Shown one piece after another: positions 29,637-39,200 of a stretch of 64,000 bases of DNA (its first letter is position 1; each line of letters begins with the position of its first letter). The notes below the pieces were generated by a model. That model ran no database searches. It saw only the letters and a list, made by a program, of their open reading frames with translations, and had not been told where the DNA came from. Both the position numbers and the translations under genes were made by a program. Source of the DNA: Chthoniobacteraceae bacterium (GTDB lineage: Bacteria; Verrucomicrobiota; Verrucomicrobiia; Chthoniobacterales; Chthoniobacteraceae); NCBI GenBank assembly GCA_040081625.1, contig JBEBGD010000002.1:32001-96000 (forward strand), written 5' to 3'.

Positions 29637-31115
29637 ATGAGCCCAATCGCTCTACCCATGCAGGAATTGAAACCTGCGCTCACTGGCTTCGGTAAAGTGC
29701 TTCATCGGCACCAACCGTTGCCCGTGCTTAATCACATCAAGGTCGAGAGGACCAAAGACGGCTGGATTGCCCTCACGGCAACTGACCTGGATGTGTTCGC
29801 CACAGTCAGGCTCGAACAACCCGTCGAAGGTGAACCTGTCGCCTTGCTCGTGCCGTTGGATGATCTGCAAAAGGTCGCCAAGTCCTGCGGCAAGACGGAC
29901 ATCATCAACATCGCCGGAGACGAGAAATCCATCAGCCTGCAATATCCCGTCGGCACTGGTAGCATGGAGACGAAAGTGGATTCGTTGCCGGTGGATGAGT
30001 TTCCTTCGATCCCACAGATCAAAGGTGACTCCATACCACTGCCGGATGCACTCCGGTCTTCACTGCATGAAGCTCTCGACTGCGCGAGCACCGATCAAAC
30101 GAGGCTCATCCTCAACGGTGCCTTCATCGACGTGTCTGATCGCAAAGGTCACTACATCGTTGGAACGAATGGCAGTCATCTCTACGCCAGCAATTCATTC
30201 AGCCTGGCGTTGAAGGATTCCATCATCATCCCCACACATCGGTTTCTGGGCTTCAAGGAGTTCAACAACGATGGGGAATGGCAGCTCAAGCTCGGCGAGA
30301 AGCCGGACAAAGACACGCCACCGTATGTGCAGCTCACCAGTCGGCGCTGGCGCTTCATCACCAAGCAGCACGATGGGAATTACCCCAACTGGCGACAGGT
30401 TGTTGTCTCCGAGTTCAGCAGCACGGTCACGCTCGATGTTGAGACGCTGGATGCGGTGATCAAGACCATCGAACGCCTGCCTGAGCATGATGCCGTCAAT
30501 CACACGCTCGGCTTCGAGATCAAAGGCAAGCAGGTGAATCTGCTGTGCAAAGCCGACAAGGAAGCGAAATGGACGCCGGTTGAACTCAAGGACGTGAAGA
30601 CCACTGGCAAGGACACGACGGTCTATCTCAATCGGATCTACGTCATGAAGGCGCTGTCGTTCGGGCTCAACCAACTCGACATCACTGATCCACGGTCCCC
30701 CGTTCGATTCAGTCACGAAAAACGTCAGATGATCGTCATGCCAATTCGTGTCGATGCTGATTCACCGGCATCACCAGCGCCACCAACACCGGTCGCAAAA
30801 GCAGAGCCACCTCAACCCGCAGCTCCACCACAAGCTGCCCAAGAAGAAAGGAAACCTACCATCATGCCCAGGCAACCAACACCCGCAGCCAGCAACGGCA
30901 ACGGCAACGGCAACGGCCACCAAGCTGAGAAGCCCGCACTTGAGATCGCAGTGGAGCAGGTGGAAGCCGTCAAAGCCTCAATCAAATCCGCTGTCGGCGG
31001 ACTCAACGACCTGCTCGATACTCTCAAGCAGGTGCAACGGGAGCAAAAGACGACTGACAAGGAAGTGCAGTCGGTTCGCAGCACGCTGGAAAAACTCCAG
31101 AGCGTGAAGCTCTAA
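29637..31115 (+). CDS. DNA polymerase III beta-clamp-like protein with a C-terminal linker and coiled coil
   Basis: LTATDLD, DEFP, R-LILNG, GNYPNWRQV, IVMPIR clamp motifs. Confidence 0.88.
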   Translation: MSPIALPMQELKPALTGFGKVLHRHQPLPVLNHIKVERTKDGWIALTATDLDVFATVRLEQPVEGEPVALLVPLDDLQKVAKSCGKTDIINIAGDEKSISLQYPVGTGSMETKVDSLPVDEFPSIPQIKGDSIPLPDALRSSLHEALDCASTDQTRLILNGAFIDVSDRKGHYIVGTNGSHLYASNSFSLALKDSIIIPTHRFLGFKEFNNDGEWQLKLGEKPDKDTPPYVQLTSRRWRFITKQHDGNYPNWRQVVVSEFSSTVTLDVETLDAVIKTIERLPEHDAVNHTLGFEIKGKQVNLLCKADKEAKWTPVELKDVKTTGKDTTVYLNRIYVMKALSFGLNQLDITDPRSPVRFSHEKRQMIVMPIRVDADSPASPAPPTPVAKAEPPQPAAPPQAAQEERKPTIMPRQPTPAASNGNGNGNGHQAEKPALEIAVEQVEAVKASIKSAVGGLNDLLDTLKQVQREQKTTDKEVQSVRSTLEKLQSVKL

Positions 31116-31213
31116 CCAATTCGGCGACGGAAACACGGGTTGGGTGCAGGCTACCTCGGCGACGATTGAGGATCAGTCTGCATCCAGCCCAGCTCCGCGC
31201 TGAACACACACCG

Positions 31214-31414
31214 ATGGCTCGTATATCATCCATCGTCTTCGACAAGCAGGAGAGGCCATTACGTGCGACCATCCGCACATCGAGAGGGACAGTGAAAGTC
31301 GAATGGATGGACGTATGTGGTGATTGGTGCTGGATGACCTCCGGCATCCTCGACGCAAAGAAACTGGCATCACCTGCCATCGAACGAATCGAGCGCATGG
31401 TCACAAGACTCTGA
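31214..31414 (+). CDS. small hypothetical protein
   Basis: Co-oriented ORF inside the module. Confidence 0.5.
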   Translation: MARISSIVFDKQERPLRATIRTSRGTVKVEWMDVCGDWCWMTSGILDAKKLASPAIERIERMVTRL

Positions 31415-31438
31415 CGCTCCAAAGAAAAGGAGGCATTC

Positions 31439-31732
31439 ATGCCCACAAGAAATACCGTGGTGCTGCAAAGGATCATCGAAGCTCTCGGTGATGATGCACC
31501 ACCTGACGCACTGGCACGGTTGGAAGCTGAGTTTCAAAGCTCGCTGCTCATCGTCGCTGGAACCGTCGAAGATGTCGCCAGACACGCGGAGAAACTGCGT
31601 CTGGCGATCACTGAACAAGAACGACCGCTCGTCTTGGATTACATTGCCAAGACCAGCGTGGCTCAACTCACGATCGATCACGTTGAAGACGCCATCAACT
31701 CGCTCTGGACTGATCGATTCATCGAACCCTAA
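31439..31732 (+). CDS. hypothetical protein
   Basis: Strong RBS AAGGAGG. Confidence 0.65.
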   Translation: MPTRNTVVLQRIIEALGDDAPPDALARLEAEFQSSLLIVAGTVEDVARHAEKLRLAITEQERPLVLDYIAKTSVAQLTIDHVEDAINSLWTDRFIEP

Positions 31733-31770
31733 ACCCGCTCATCCATTCGGGTGAGCTTAGAAAGGACTGC

Positions 31771-32211
31771 ATGGCTGACTACTTCACCAACTTCAGCATG
31801 GATCTGTCATTGCCCACGGAAGAAGCGCAGCAATACGCGCTCAATCTGGCCGAGCAGGCATTCCACATTCACATGGGCGATGAAGTGCCTGACGACTTCC
31901 CAAAGTCGCTCATCGACGTGGCGGAAGATTGGCAGTTTGAGGTCGAAGCCGAGCAAACACCCACGAGCTACGGCCTTTGGATGCACTCACAGCATGGTGG
32001 GATCGATGCCATTTGCGCATTCATCCAACATCTACTGCAACGCTTCGATCCTAAAGGCTGCGCCACCCTCGAATGGTCGCACGACTGCTCGAAGCCAAGG
32101 ACTGATGCCTACGGTGGAGGCGCAGCCATCATCACTGCCAAGAGGATCAGAACCATCAGCACGGGAGTATGGATTCAACGCCAACTCCATCGTCACAACA
32201 ACCGGCGCTAA
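31771..32211 (+). CDS. hypothetical protein of a type seen in ICE/plasmid backbones
   Basis: MADYFTNFS and CSKPRTDAYGGGA motifs; RBS. Confidence 0.75.
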   Translation: MADYFTNFSMDLSLPTEEAQQYALNLAEQAFHIHMGDEVPDDFPKSLIDVAEDWQFEVEAEQTPTSYGLWMHSQHGGIDAICAFIQHLLQRFDPKGCATLEWSHDCSKPRTDAYGGGAAIITAKRIRTISTGVWIQRQLHRHNNRR

Positions 32212-32243
32212 CCGCCAACAACCAAAAGAAAGGACACAAGATT

Positions 32244-33017
32244 ATGGTCGATCTACTCGACTCACCACCCGCGCCACCACGGCGCAAACACCCACAGCTC
32301 ATCACCCATTGCGGCGCTCATGCCGTAGAGCTGGCTGAGGTGTCCAATGTGAAGACCCCGCGAGCTACCGACTCGTGGCAACCAATCCCGCACGCTCAAC
32401 TCATCCAGACTGTTCAACGCACGCTGGCCACGACCAAGCTCAAGATCGGCACTCAAGCTCATTCACTGACGCATGACGGCGCTCGATACTTCGGCCTCAT
32501 GGAGATCCAGAGCCAGAAAGCGAACCTCGATTACACCTGGGTGCTCGGGCTCAGGAATTCACACGACAAGACTTTCCCTGCTGGGATCGTCGCTGGAGCA
32601 TCTGTCTTCGTTTGCGACAATTTGAGCTTCAGTGGGGAAGTGAAGTTCGCGAGGAAGCACACCCGGTTCATCAATCGGGATCTGCCGCAGCTCGTTGAAC
32701 GCTCGATTGGTCTGCTGCTGGAAAAGTGGCATGACCAGGACAAGCGCATCACCGCCTACAAGGAATCAGAAATCCACGACGCTGAAGCGCATGACCTCAT
32801 CATTCGGGCATGTGACGTTGGCGTGTGCTCGAACCGGCTCATCCCTGCGGTGCTCAAAGAGTGGCGAGAACCGGTCCACGAGCAGTTCGTCGAACGTGAC
32901 GTGTGGACTCTGTTCAACTGCTTCACTTCTGCCCTGAAGGAAGGGAATCTGGCAGAGCTGCCGAAGAGGACTGAAGCTCTGCACGGGTTGCTGGATGTTG
33001 CTGTCGGGCTCAACTGA
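32244..33017 (+). CDS. DUF932-like protein
   Basis: PIPH, GLRNSHDK, VFVCDNL, WTLFN motifs. Confidence 0.85.
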   Translation: MVDLLDSPPAPPRRKHPQLITHCGAHAVELAEVSNVKTPRATDSWQPIPHAQLIQTVQRTLATTKLKIGTQAHSLTHDGARYFGLMEIQSQKANLDYTWVLGLRNSHDKTFPAGIVAGASVFVCDNLSFSGEVKFARKHTRFINRDLPQLVERSIGLLLEKWHDQDKRITAYKESEIHDAEAHDLIIRACDVGVCSNRLIPAVLKEWREPVHEQFVERDVWTLFNCFTSALKEGNLAELPKRTEALHGLLDVAVGLN

Positions 33018-33034
33018 CCTTCACGGGTCAAAGA

Positions 33035-34441
33035 TCAGCGTCCCACTTCATGTGGGGCGCTTTTCTTTAGCTGACAACGCAGTGCCTTGGATCTTAGTCC
33101 CGACAATGGTTTGGGCGCGCCAATGGAAAGACGAGGGAGGGTGCATCCACCGACGGAGACCTGGCCGTTCATGAGCATGGGAAGAAGCCAGTCACGCAGG
33201 GCGGTGAGTTGTTGGCTTTGCTCTTGATGCGTCAGAATTGACTGAAACACGGGCTCTGCGAAGTCATTAAAGGCTGCAAGCTGCTCGGACGCGGGGACAA
33301 TAGCTGGCGTGAAGGCGATATCATTCGTAACGATAGATTTGAAAATCGAACCACTCGATTTGGCATGCAAATAGTCCATTAGACTCAGTGTGTGAAAGTA
33401 GAGGAAGGCCGATCCAACTCCGTCATGGGGGCACAAAGCGTAGCAGGACTGATTCATCGCCATCGCTCGGGAAATAATCATCGCTTTTCCAACTGAACCA
33501 CGAGCTGTGATAAAGAGAGTTCCTTTGCGATAAAGGCGAGTGGCGCTATTCCCCAGACCAAGCTGCGTAATATGACATTCCGTATCGAGACAGAATGGTT
33601 CACTTTCAGCATCCGTGGGTGTGAAGAATGGAATGGATCCTCTCCAGAATTCAGGCACATGTTTACTGGGGGTGGCTCCACCTCCGAGATCCGAAAGCGC
33701 CAAGATGTTTCCGCTTTTCCAACCATAAGGAATCTCACGTTTGTGGGCATCGTTGTAGACCATCCTTCCGCCAGATGCGCGGTAGGGTTTACCTCCAAGG
33801 CGGGGCTTTCCCATCGCGGCGGCTTGGGCGGCGGTGATGGGGAAGTCAAACTGCACGAACCAGTAGTCATACAGCAGCTTCGCCATCCCTTCCAATTCCT
33901 CATTGAGACGGTTGTTGATTTCGATCTTAGCGTCGAGGGCTGAGAGAATGGTAGCAATCGCTGCTTGCTCGCGTGGCGATGGGAGTTGAACCTGCACATC
34001 ATAGAGTCTTTCCGGCGAGGTATGCTTCACCTTGCTGCCGGAGGCGCTGCGCCTGATCTGCTTCCGAACCCACTTCGTCTTGAACAGGTGATACAGAAAC
34101 TCAACATCCACAGCGCTTGTCAGGGCGGTGACTAGGCCAAGCCGCTGATTGTGAAGGAACCGGTTACTTTCGGGAATCTTGGCCATACTGCCAAGCAGAC
34201 CATCGGTCTGCTCGGTCATTGCCACGAGAATGTCTCCCTTTTTCAGTAGGTATTCTTCAGGGAATAGTTCGGAGTAGCACTTGTCCTTTGCGGCATTACG
34301 CTTGAAGCCGCCTTCCTCAGAAAAATTGCCTGGTGTCAGGACGACATATGGTCCCGTGCCTCTAAAATGTTCCCCCTTGAAGGGGAATCCATGCTTTACG
34401 TGAATCTTGTGACGCAGGCTAGTAAACGGGCGTTTAGTCAT
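33035..34441 (-). CDS. hsdS: type I R-M specificity subunit
   Basis: Two TRDs with conserved EQAAIATILSALDAKI and LRDWLLPMLMNG. Confidence 0.95.
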   Translation of the reverse strand: MTKRPFTSLRHKIHVKHGFPFKGEHFRGTGPYVVLTPGNFSEEGGFKRNAAKDKCYSELFPEEYLLKKGDILVAMTEQTDGLLGSMAKIPESNRFLHNQRLGLVTALTSAVDVEFLYHLFKTKWVRKQIRRSASGSKVKHTSPERLYDVQVQLPSPREQAAIATILSALDAKIEINNRLNEELEGMAKLLYDYWFVQFDFPITAAQAAAMGKPRLGGKPYRASGGRMVYNDAHKREIPYGWKSGNILALSDLGGGATPSKHVPEFWRGSIPFFTPTDAESEPFCLDTECHITQLGLGNSATRLYRKGTLFITARGSVGKAMIISRAMAMNQSCYALCPHDGVGSAFLYFHTLSLMDYLHAKSSGSIFKSIVTNDIAFTPAIVPASEQLAAFNDFAEPVFQSILTHQEQSQQLTALRDWLLPMLMNGQVSVGGCTLPRLSIGAPKPLSGLRSKALRCQLKKSAPHEVGR

Positions 34442-36056
34442 GCGTTAGGCGTGCAAGTTGTTTTGCGACCTGTCGTTCGAGATCGCGTGAGTCGTCAAAG
34501 AGCACGCGCAATCTCTCCGTTCGCTCCACGAGTTCCTTTGCAAACTGCTTAGGTGTCATCGCGACGTGCTCAACCTTCACATCAAAATACTGACCCGCGC
34601 TGAGCGAGAAGTTTTTCGCGGCAATGTCATCGTAAGAGACGACGACGGAGAAGTCCTCAACAGCTTTCCTCTGGTTGAAGGTGTGGATGATGCTACTCTC
34701 TTCATCTGGCCTGAGAAGCGTCTTTTGGTTTTTCCCTTCCTTCACTTTCTCACCGAGTCCCGAAGCATCAATCAGGATCACATCACCTTTGTTTGTTGCA
34801 TCGATGAAGATGATTGAAACATTCGTCCCAGTTGTTGCAAAGATGTTACTGGGCATCGAGATTACTCCTCCGAGCATCTTGTTTTCCACTAGATGCTGGC
34901 GGATAGTCTTCTCAATACCTGATTGTGCGGTAATAAAGCCCGAGGGAACAACGACGGCAGCGCGACCAGCCGGAGCGAGCGAGTGAATGATGTGCTGGAT
35001 GAAGAGCAGGTAGATCGCCATCTTGTCCTTATCCTTGTTCGGCACCTTGGGGATACCTGCAAAGAATCGCGAACGATTCGCCTTGGTATCGAGTTGAGCG
35101 CGGAAGTCGGAGAAATCGAGCTTGAAGGGTGGATTCGAGACGATGTAGTTGAACTTACGCAGCCCTATCCCGCTATCCGCTTTGTGATAAGGTGCGAGGA
35201 TTGTGTTTCCCTGGATCACATTTGGGATGGAGTGGACGAGATTGTTGAGAATGAGATTGAGCCGGAGCAAGCTCGATGACTTCTGGGAAACGTCCTGAGT
35301 GTAGATGGTGCAGCGGTCCTCGCCGATGGCGTGGGCAAGATTCATCAAGAGCGTTCCAGAACCTGCGGCAGGATCGTAGCAGGTGACATTCTTGACCTCC
35401 TTTGGCACAAGGCAAGAGGCCATGATCTTCGCTACGGCATGCGGTGTGTAATACTCGGCATACTTGCCCCCGCCGTCCTTGTTGTAGTCCTTGATGAGGT
35501 ATTCAAATAAAGTGGAGTAGAAGTCGAACTTCTCGGCGAAGATGCGCTCAAAGCTGAAAGGAATCAGCTTGTTTATGATGGCCCTGGCGAAGGCATCGCG
35601 CTGGGTAGCGACATACTGGGTGACGGCATCAAAGAGGACGATCTTTTGGCCGTCGTTGGTCTTTACAGAGAAGATGTCGGAATTCAGCTTAGCGATGTCG
35701 AGCAGGGTGGCATCCAAAGTCGCGGCGAAGTCCTTGTCGTTCTGCTTGCCCCACAGGGTAGAGAGGAAGTGCTCGGGCTTGAGTCGTGCGGTGGCGGCCC
35801 CGAGCTGCATGAGCAGGAGTTCATAGTCATCTGCCGACTTTTCACTCAGGGCGACTTCCCATGACTTCGCTTTGGCAAGGACAGGCTCGATGCGCTTCAC
35901 CTCATGGGCAAATTTGTCGTTGAGAAACTTGTAAAGAAAGACCTGGGTGATGATCTTGAACTCGTTGCCGTCGTTACCCAAGCCGTAGGCGGCACAGACG
36001 GCTTTGAGTTCGTCGATGAGCGCGGTGGCCTTTACTTTGAATTCTTGAGATGTCAT
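34434..36056 (-). CDS. hsdM: type I R-M N6-adenine methyltransferase
   Basis: EYYTP, YDPAAGSG, NPPF. Confidence 0.96.
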   Translation of the reverse strand: MTSQEFKVKATALIDELKAVCAAYGLGNDGNEFKIITQVFLYKFLNDKFAHEVKRIEPVLAKAKSWEVALSEKSADDYELLLMQLGAATARLKPEHFLSTLWGKQNDKDFAATLDATLLDIAKLNSDIFSVKTNDGQKIVLFDAVTQYVATQRDAFARAIINKLIPFSFERIFAEKFDFYSTLFEYLIKDYNKDGGGKYAEYYTPHAVAKIMASCLVPKEVKNVTCYDPAAGSGTLLMNLAHAIGEDRCTIYTQDVSQKSSSLLRLNLILNNLVHSIPNVIQGNTILAPYHKADSGIGLRKFNYIVSNPPFKLDFSDFRAQLDTKANRSRFFAGIPKVPNKDKDKMAIYLLFIQHIIHSLAPAGRAAVVVPSGFITAQSGIEKTIRQHLVENKMLGGVISMPSNIFATTGTNVSIIFIDATNKGDVILIDASGLGEKVKEGKNQKTLLRPDEESSIIHTFNQRKAVEDFSVVVSYDDIAAKNFSLSAGQYFDVKVEHVAMTPKQFAKELVERTERLRVLFDDSRDLERQVAKQLARLTHD

Positions 36057-39000
36057 GCTGCTTGATGTCCGTGGAACTCAGCCAGATACTCCTTCATCAC
36101 AAGGTTATTGATGAACTGAGTATTCTCTGCGGTGAGGGGAAGGTGGTGTAGGACTTTGAGCTGCTCGATGATGAGGCGTGTCATTTCTGCCTTGGCGAAA
36201 GGCTCATTGGTGAGGATACGGGCATTCTGGGAAATGCAGGCATCCGCCTCGGCCTTAAAGGCGCTGAGGGCTTCGAAGAGTTTCCGCTCATTGGCGGTGG
36301 GTTCGCCTTTTTCGAGCAGCCTCTTGTGCAGGCGGGCGTATTTCTCGTCATTGGCATACTTGGCGCGGAGGAGTTGATTCTTCCGCTCCAATTCGCGGGC
36401 GCGGGTGTGGATGCCTTTGAGTGTCGCGATGTTTTCGACCATTTCGGCCTGGGTGATCTCGGATAGGTTCTTCTTCTTGAAGAGGCGTTCGAGTTCCTCC
36501 TTCAGGGTGACAAAGGCGGGGTCGCTTGGGTCGAAGTTGCCAGCGAGGCCCTCCCGAGTGCGGCGTAGATTCTCGCGCAACTCGTCAGCAATGACCATCT
36601 CTGCCTCAGACACTTTACGGAAGGCGAAGAGCACATCCTCAAGGGCAATGTTCAGGACATTGATGCCATCATCAGCGTTCTCTAGTGCTTCGCGTTGGTT
36701 GAGCAGATTGAGGTGATTGGCTGCCTCGGTAGAGAGCTGGTTGAGCTTTCGGAAGTCAAGCTTGGCGAGAAGTTCGTATTGGCCGGATAGGCGGATGAGA
36801 TTGTAGAGGCTCTTGGCGTCATTGAGCGCTTTGGCAATCTTGCGCATTTCAGCGCGATCTACAATCTGTGTAATCTGCTGGGAGAAGACCTCGGCGTTGG
36901 AGGTGTCGAAATGGAAAAGAGCGTCCTTAATGGCCTCAATGTCAGCGGTGATCTCGGCCTCGGTTTTGAAGAGGTCGGAATATTTGTCCAGTTCGTCGCC
37001 AAGTTCGCTCTGAAGTTCATCGAAGTAGTCCTTGTTGGTCTTTTCGAACTCAGATTCGATATCGACGAAATCGACGACGTAGCCGTAGCGATAGCCTCTA
37101 TAGGGGCGGTTCACCCGCGTTAGCGCCTGAAGAAGGTTGTGCGCCTTGATGATGCGACCGAGATAGAGCTTCTTCAGTCGAGCCGCATCGAATCCGGTGA
37201 GGAGCATGTTAAAGACAAAGAGGATGTCGATCTTGCCTTCCTTGAAAGCTTCCACCTGATCCTTACGCTCGGTCTTGGTGCCTACGTCGTGAAGGATGAG
37301 AGCGCAGGTCCTGACGGTGCCGCTAGTCCTGTCGGCGTATTTCGCCTCGAAGATTCGTGCCATCTCTTTCGCCTGCTCTGAGGAGTCACAGATAACCATA
37401 GCACCCGTGGTGTGGTCGTTCTTCATGACACGAGAGTTCTCAAAGTCGTCAATGATGTAGTCGAGCATGGGCTCGACGAACTTCTTGTGAGAATAGACCA
37501 TTGTCCGGTTCTTCATGTCCTTGAGCACCTTGATCTGGGCAAGAGTCTCCTGGAGCTGAAGTTTGTATTGGGTCTCGATGGCTTCGCGGATCAGACGCAG
37601 CGTATAGCCGTCGGCGATAGAGCGATTGTAGTAGTATTTGTGGATGTAGTCGCCGAAGAGGATCTTGGAGTTGTAGGTCTGCCGTTCCTTTGCCTTTCCG
37701 TCTTCGTCTCTTGTGCCTGCGAGCGATCCATTGAGCAACGGAGTCCCGGTCAGACCAATCTTGATCGCATCACGGTCCGACTGGTTAAGATTGGCAAGGA
37801 AGCTGCCCTGGGGGTTGTAGCTCCGGTGGACTTCGTCGAGGAAGTAAACGCGCTGAAGGCCAAGGGCGTAATCGGTGCTGCGAACGACATCAGGATCATC
37901 TTTGAAGCGCTGAATATTGACCACGGTGATCTCAGGCTTTCCCGAGTCATTGTGGACGGCGAGGTTCGATTTGATATCTTCAGCGAACTCTTCGCGGGAA
38001 CTGATATGATGGACATGCAGCCCACGGCTGCGAAATTCCCGGCTGGCCTGATCCAGGAGATCTATGCGATCAACGATGAAGTAGAACTTCGGAATGACGC
38101 CTTTCTTCTGAAAGTAGTCGGTGAGGAAATGGACGTTGTAGAATGCGAGCGCGGTCTTTCCGCTGCCTTGGGTGTGCCAGATGATGCCCTTACGAATCCC
38201 AGCTTCGAGTTTGCTCTCGATTGCCTTCGTCGCGAATATCTGCGGATATCGCATGACGTGCTTGTCAAATCGGGTTTCGGCTCGAACGTAGGCGAGCCCA
38301 AAGCGAAGCAGGAAGGCGAGACGGTCACGGGAGAAGAGCGAAGTGCTGAGTCGGTTGGTCGGGCTATCAGGGTTCTTGTTGGTCGCGAACTCGGCCGAGT
38401 GCTTGATGCTGGTCAAGTTGTTGTCGGTGAGAACGAAGTCTTCCGTTTGCTTGTCCTCCGGCTGAAGCAGCTTGTCGAGGTCGAGCACCACTTCCTCGCG
38501 GAAGTAGTTGAAAACTGGTTTGTCGTAGGAGGTGGAGGCGTAGAACGCACCTTCAAGTGGTTCGGGGGAGCCATCGTCGTATTCCATGTTGTTGGAGAAC
38601 ACCATGAGCTGCGTGATGTTGATGAACCGTATGAATTTCGGATTCCGAAACCTAGTGACGATACGATTGCGCTCTGCGAGGATGCCGTCGCGGTTGTTCG
38701 GCTTTTTCACCTCAATGAAGACGAGAGGAAGGCCGTTGATGAGGAGGGTGATGTCTGGGCGAAACTCTTCGTCGTCCTTCTTGCAGGTGAACTCGGTAAC
38801 AACGTGAAACGAGTTCCGATTGAAGTCCTCAAAGTCGATGATCTTCAGCCCCGAGGTCTCGGTGATCTTCTCGTAGAACTGTTTTCCGAGGTCTTCGTTG
38901 TCCAGGAGCAGGTTTAGCTGGCCCAAAGAGTTTTCGATCTCGACTGGTGTGGCCGAAGGATTGAGCGCTGAAATGCTCTTACGGAAAATCGAGGGGACGA

Positions 39001-39112
39001 TGTTGCTCGATTCATCCCAAATGAGGTCCTTGAGCGACAGGTAGGTGTATCCCAGTCGAGTGAGGTGGAGAATGGTCGGGATCTTGACTCGGGAGTCTTC
39101 GTTAAATTTCAT
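36053..39112 (-). CDS. hsdR: type I R-M restriction subunit
   Basis: RPD...IEVK, HTQGSGKT, DEVH, TGTP, LTGFD, QALTRVNR. Confidence 0.96.
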   Translation of the reverse strand: MKFNEDSRVKIPTILHLTRLGYTYLSLKDLIWDESSNIVPSIFRKSISALNPSATPVEIENSLGQLNLLLDNEDLGKQFYEKITETSGLKIIDFEDFNRNSFHVVTEFTCKKDDEEFRPDITLLINGLPLVFIEVKKPNNRDGILAERNRIVTRFRNPKFIRFINITQLMVFSNNMEYDDGSPEPLEGAFYASTSYDKPVFNYFREEVVLDLDKLLQPEDKQTEDFVLTDNNLTSIKHSAEFATNKNPDSPTNRLSTSLFSRDRLAFLLRFGLAYVRAETRFDKHVMRYPQIFATKAIESKLEAGIRKGIIWHTQGSGKTALAFYNVHFLTDYFQKKGVIPKFYFIVDRIDLLDQASREFRSRGLHVHHISSREEFAEDIKSNLAVHNDSGKPEITVVNIQRFKDDPDVVRSTDYALGLQRVYFLDEVHRSYNPQGSFLANLNQSDRDAIKIGLTGTPLLNGSLAGTRDEDGKAKERQTYNSKILFGDYIHKYYYNRSIADGYTLRLIREAIETQYKLQLQETLAQIKVLKDMKNRTMVYSHKKFVEPMLDYIIDDFENSRVMKNDHTTGAMVICDSSEQAKEMARIFEAKYADRTSGTVRTCALILHDVGTKTERKDQVEAFKEGKIDILFVFNMLLTGFDAARLKKLYLGRIIKAHNLLQALTRVNRPYRGYRYGYVVDFVDIESEFEKTNKDYFDELQSELGDELDKYSDLFKTEAEITADIEAIKDALFHFDTSNAEVFSQQITQIVDRAEMRKIAKALNDAKSLYNLIRLSGQYELLAKLDFRKLNQLSTEAANHLNLLNQREALENADDGINVLNIALEDVLFAFRKVSEAEMVIADELRENLRRTREGLAGNFDPSDPAFVTLKEELERLFKKKNLSEITQAEMVENIATLKGIHTRARELERKNQLLRAKYANDEKYARLHKRLLEKGEPTANERKLFEALSAFKAEADACISQNARILTNEPFAKAEMTRLIIEQLKVLHHLPLTAENTQFINNLVMKEYLAEFHGHQAA

Positions 39113-39200
39113 AGACCTGAGTTCCAAAAGCTGTGGCGATGAAGCGGTCAGTCACAGTGCCAAGGCCAGACTTCGAGGGATCGCTGACATACGCATGGTT

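Noticed and set aside
30894..30917. AACGGC x4 as a phase-variable repeat
   Set aside because: In-frame hexamer encoding an Asn-Gly linker; length change would not shift the frame
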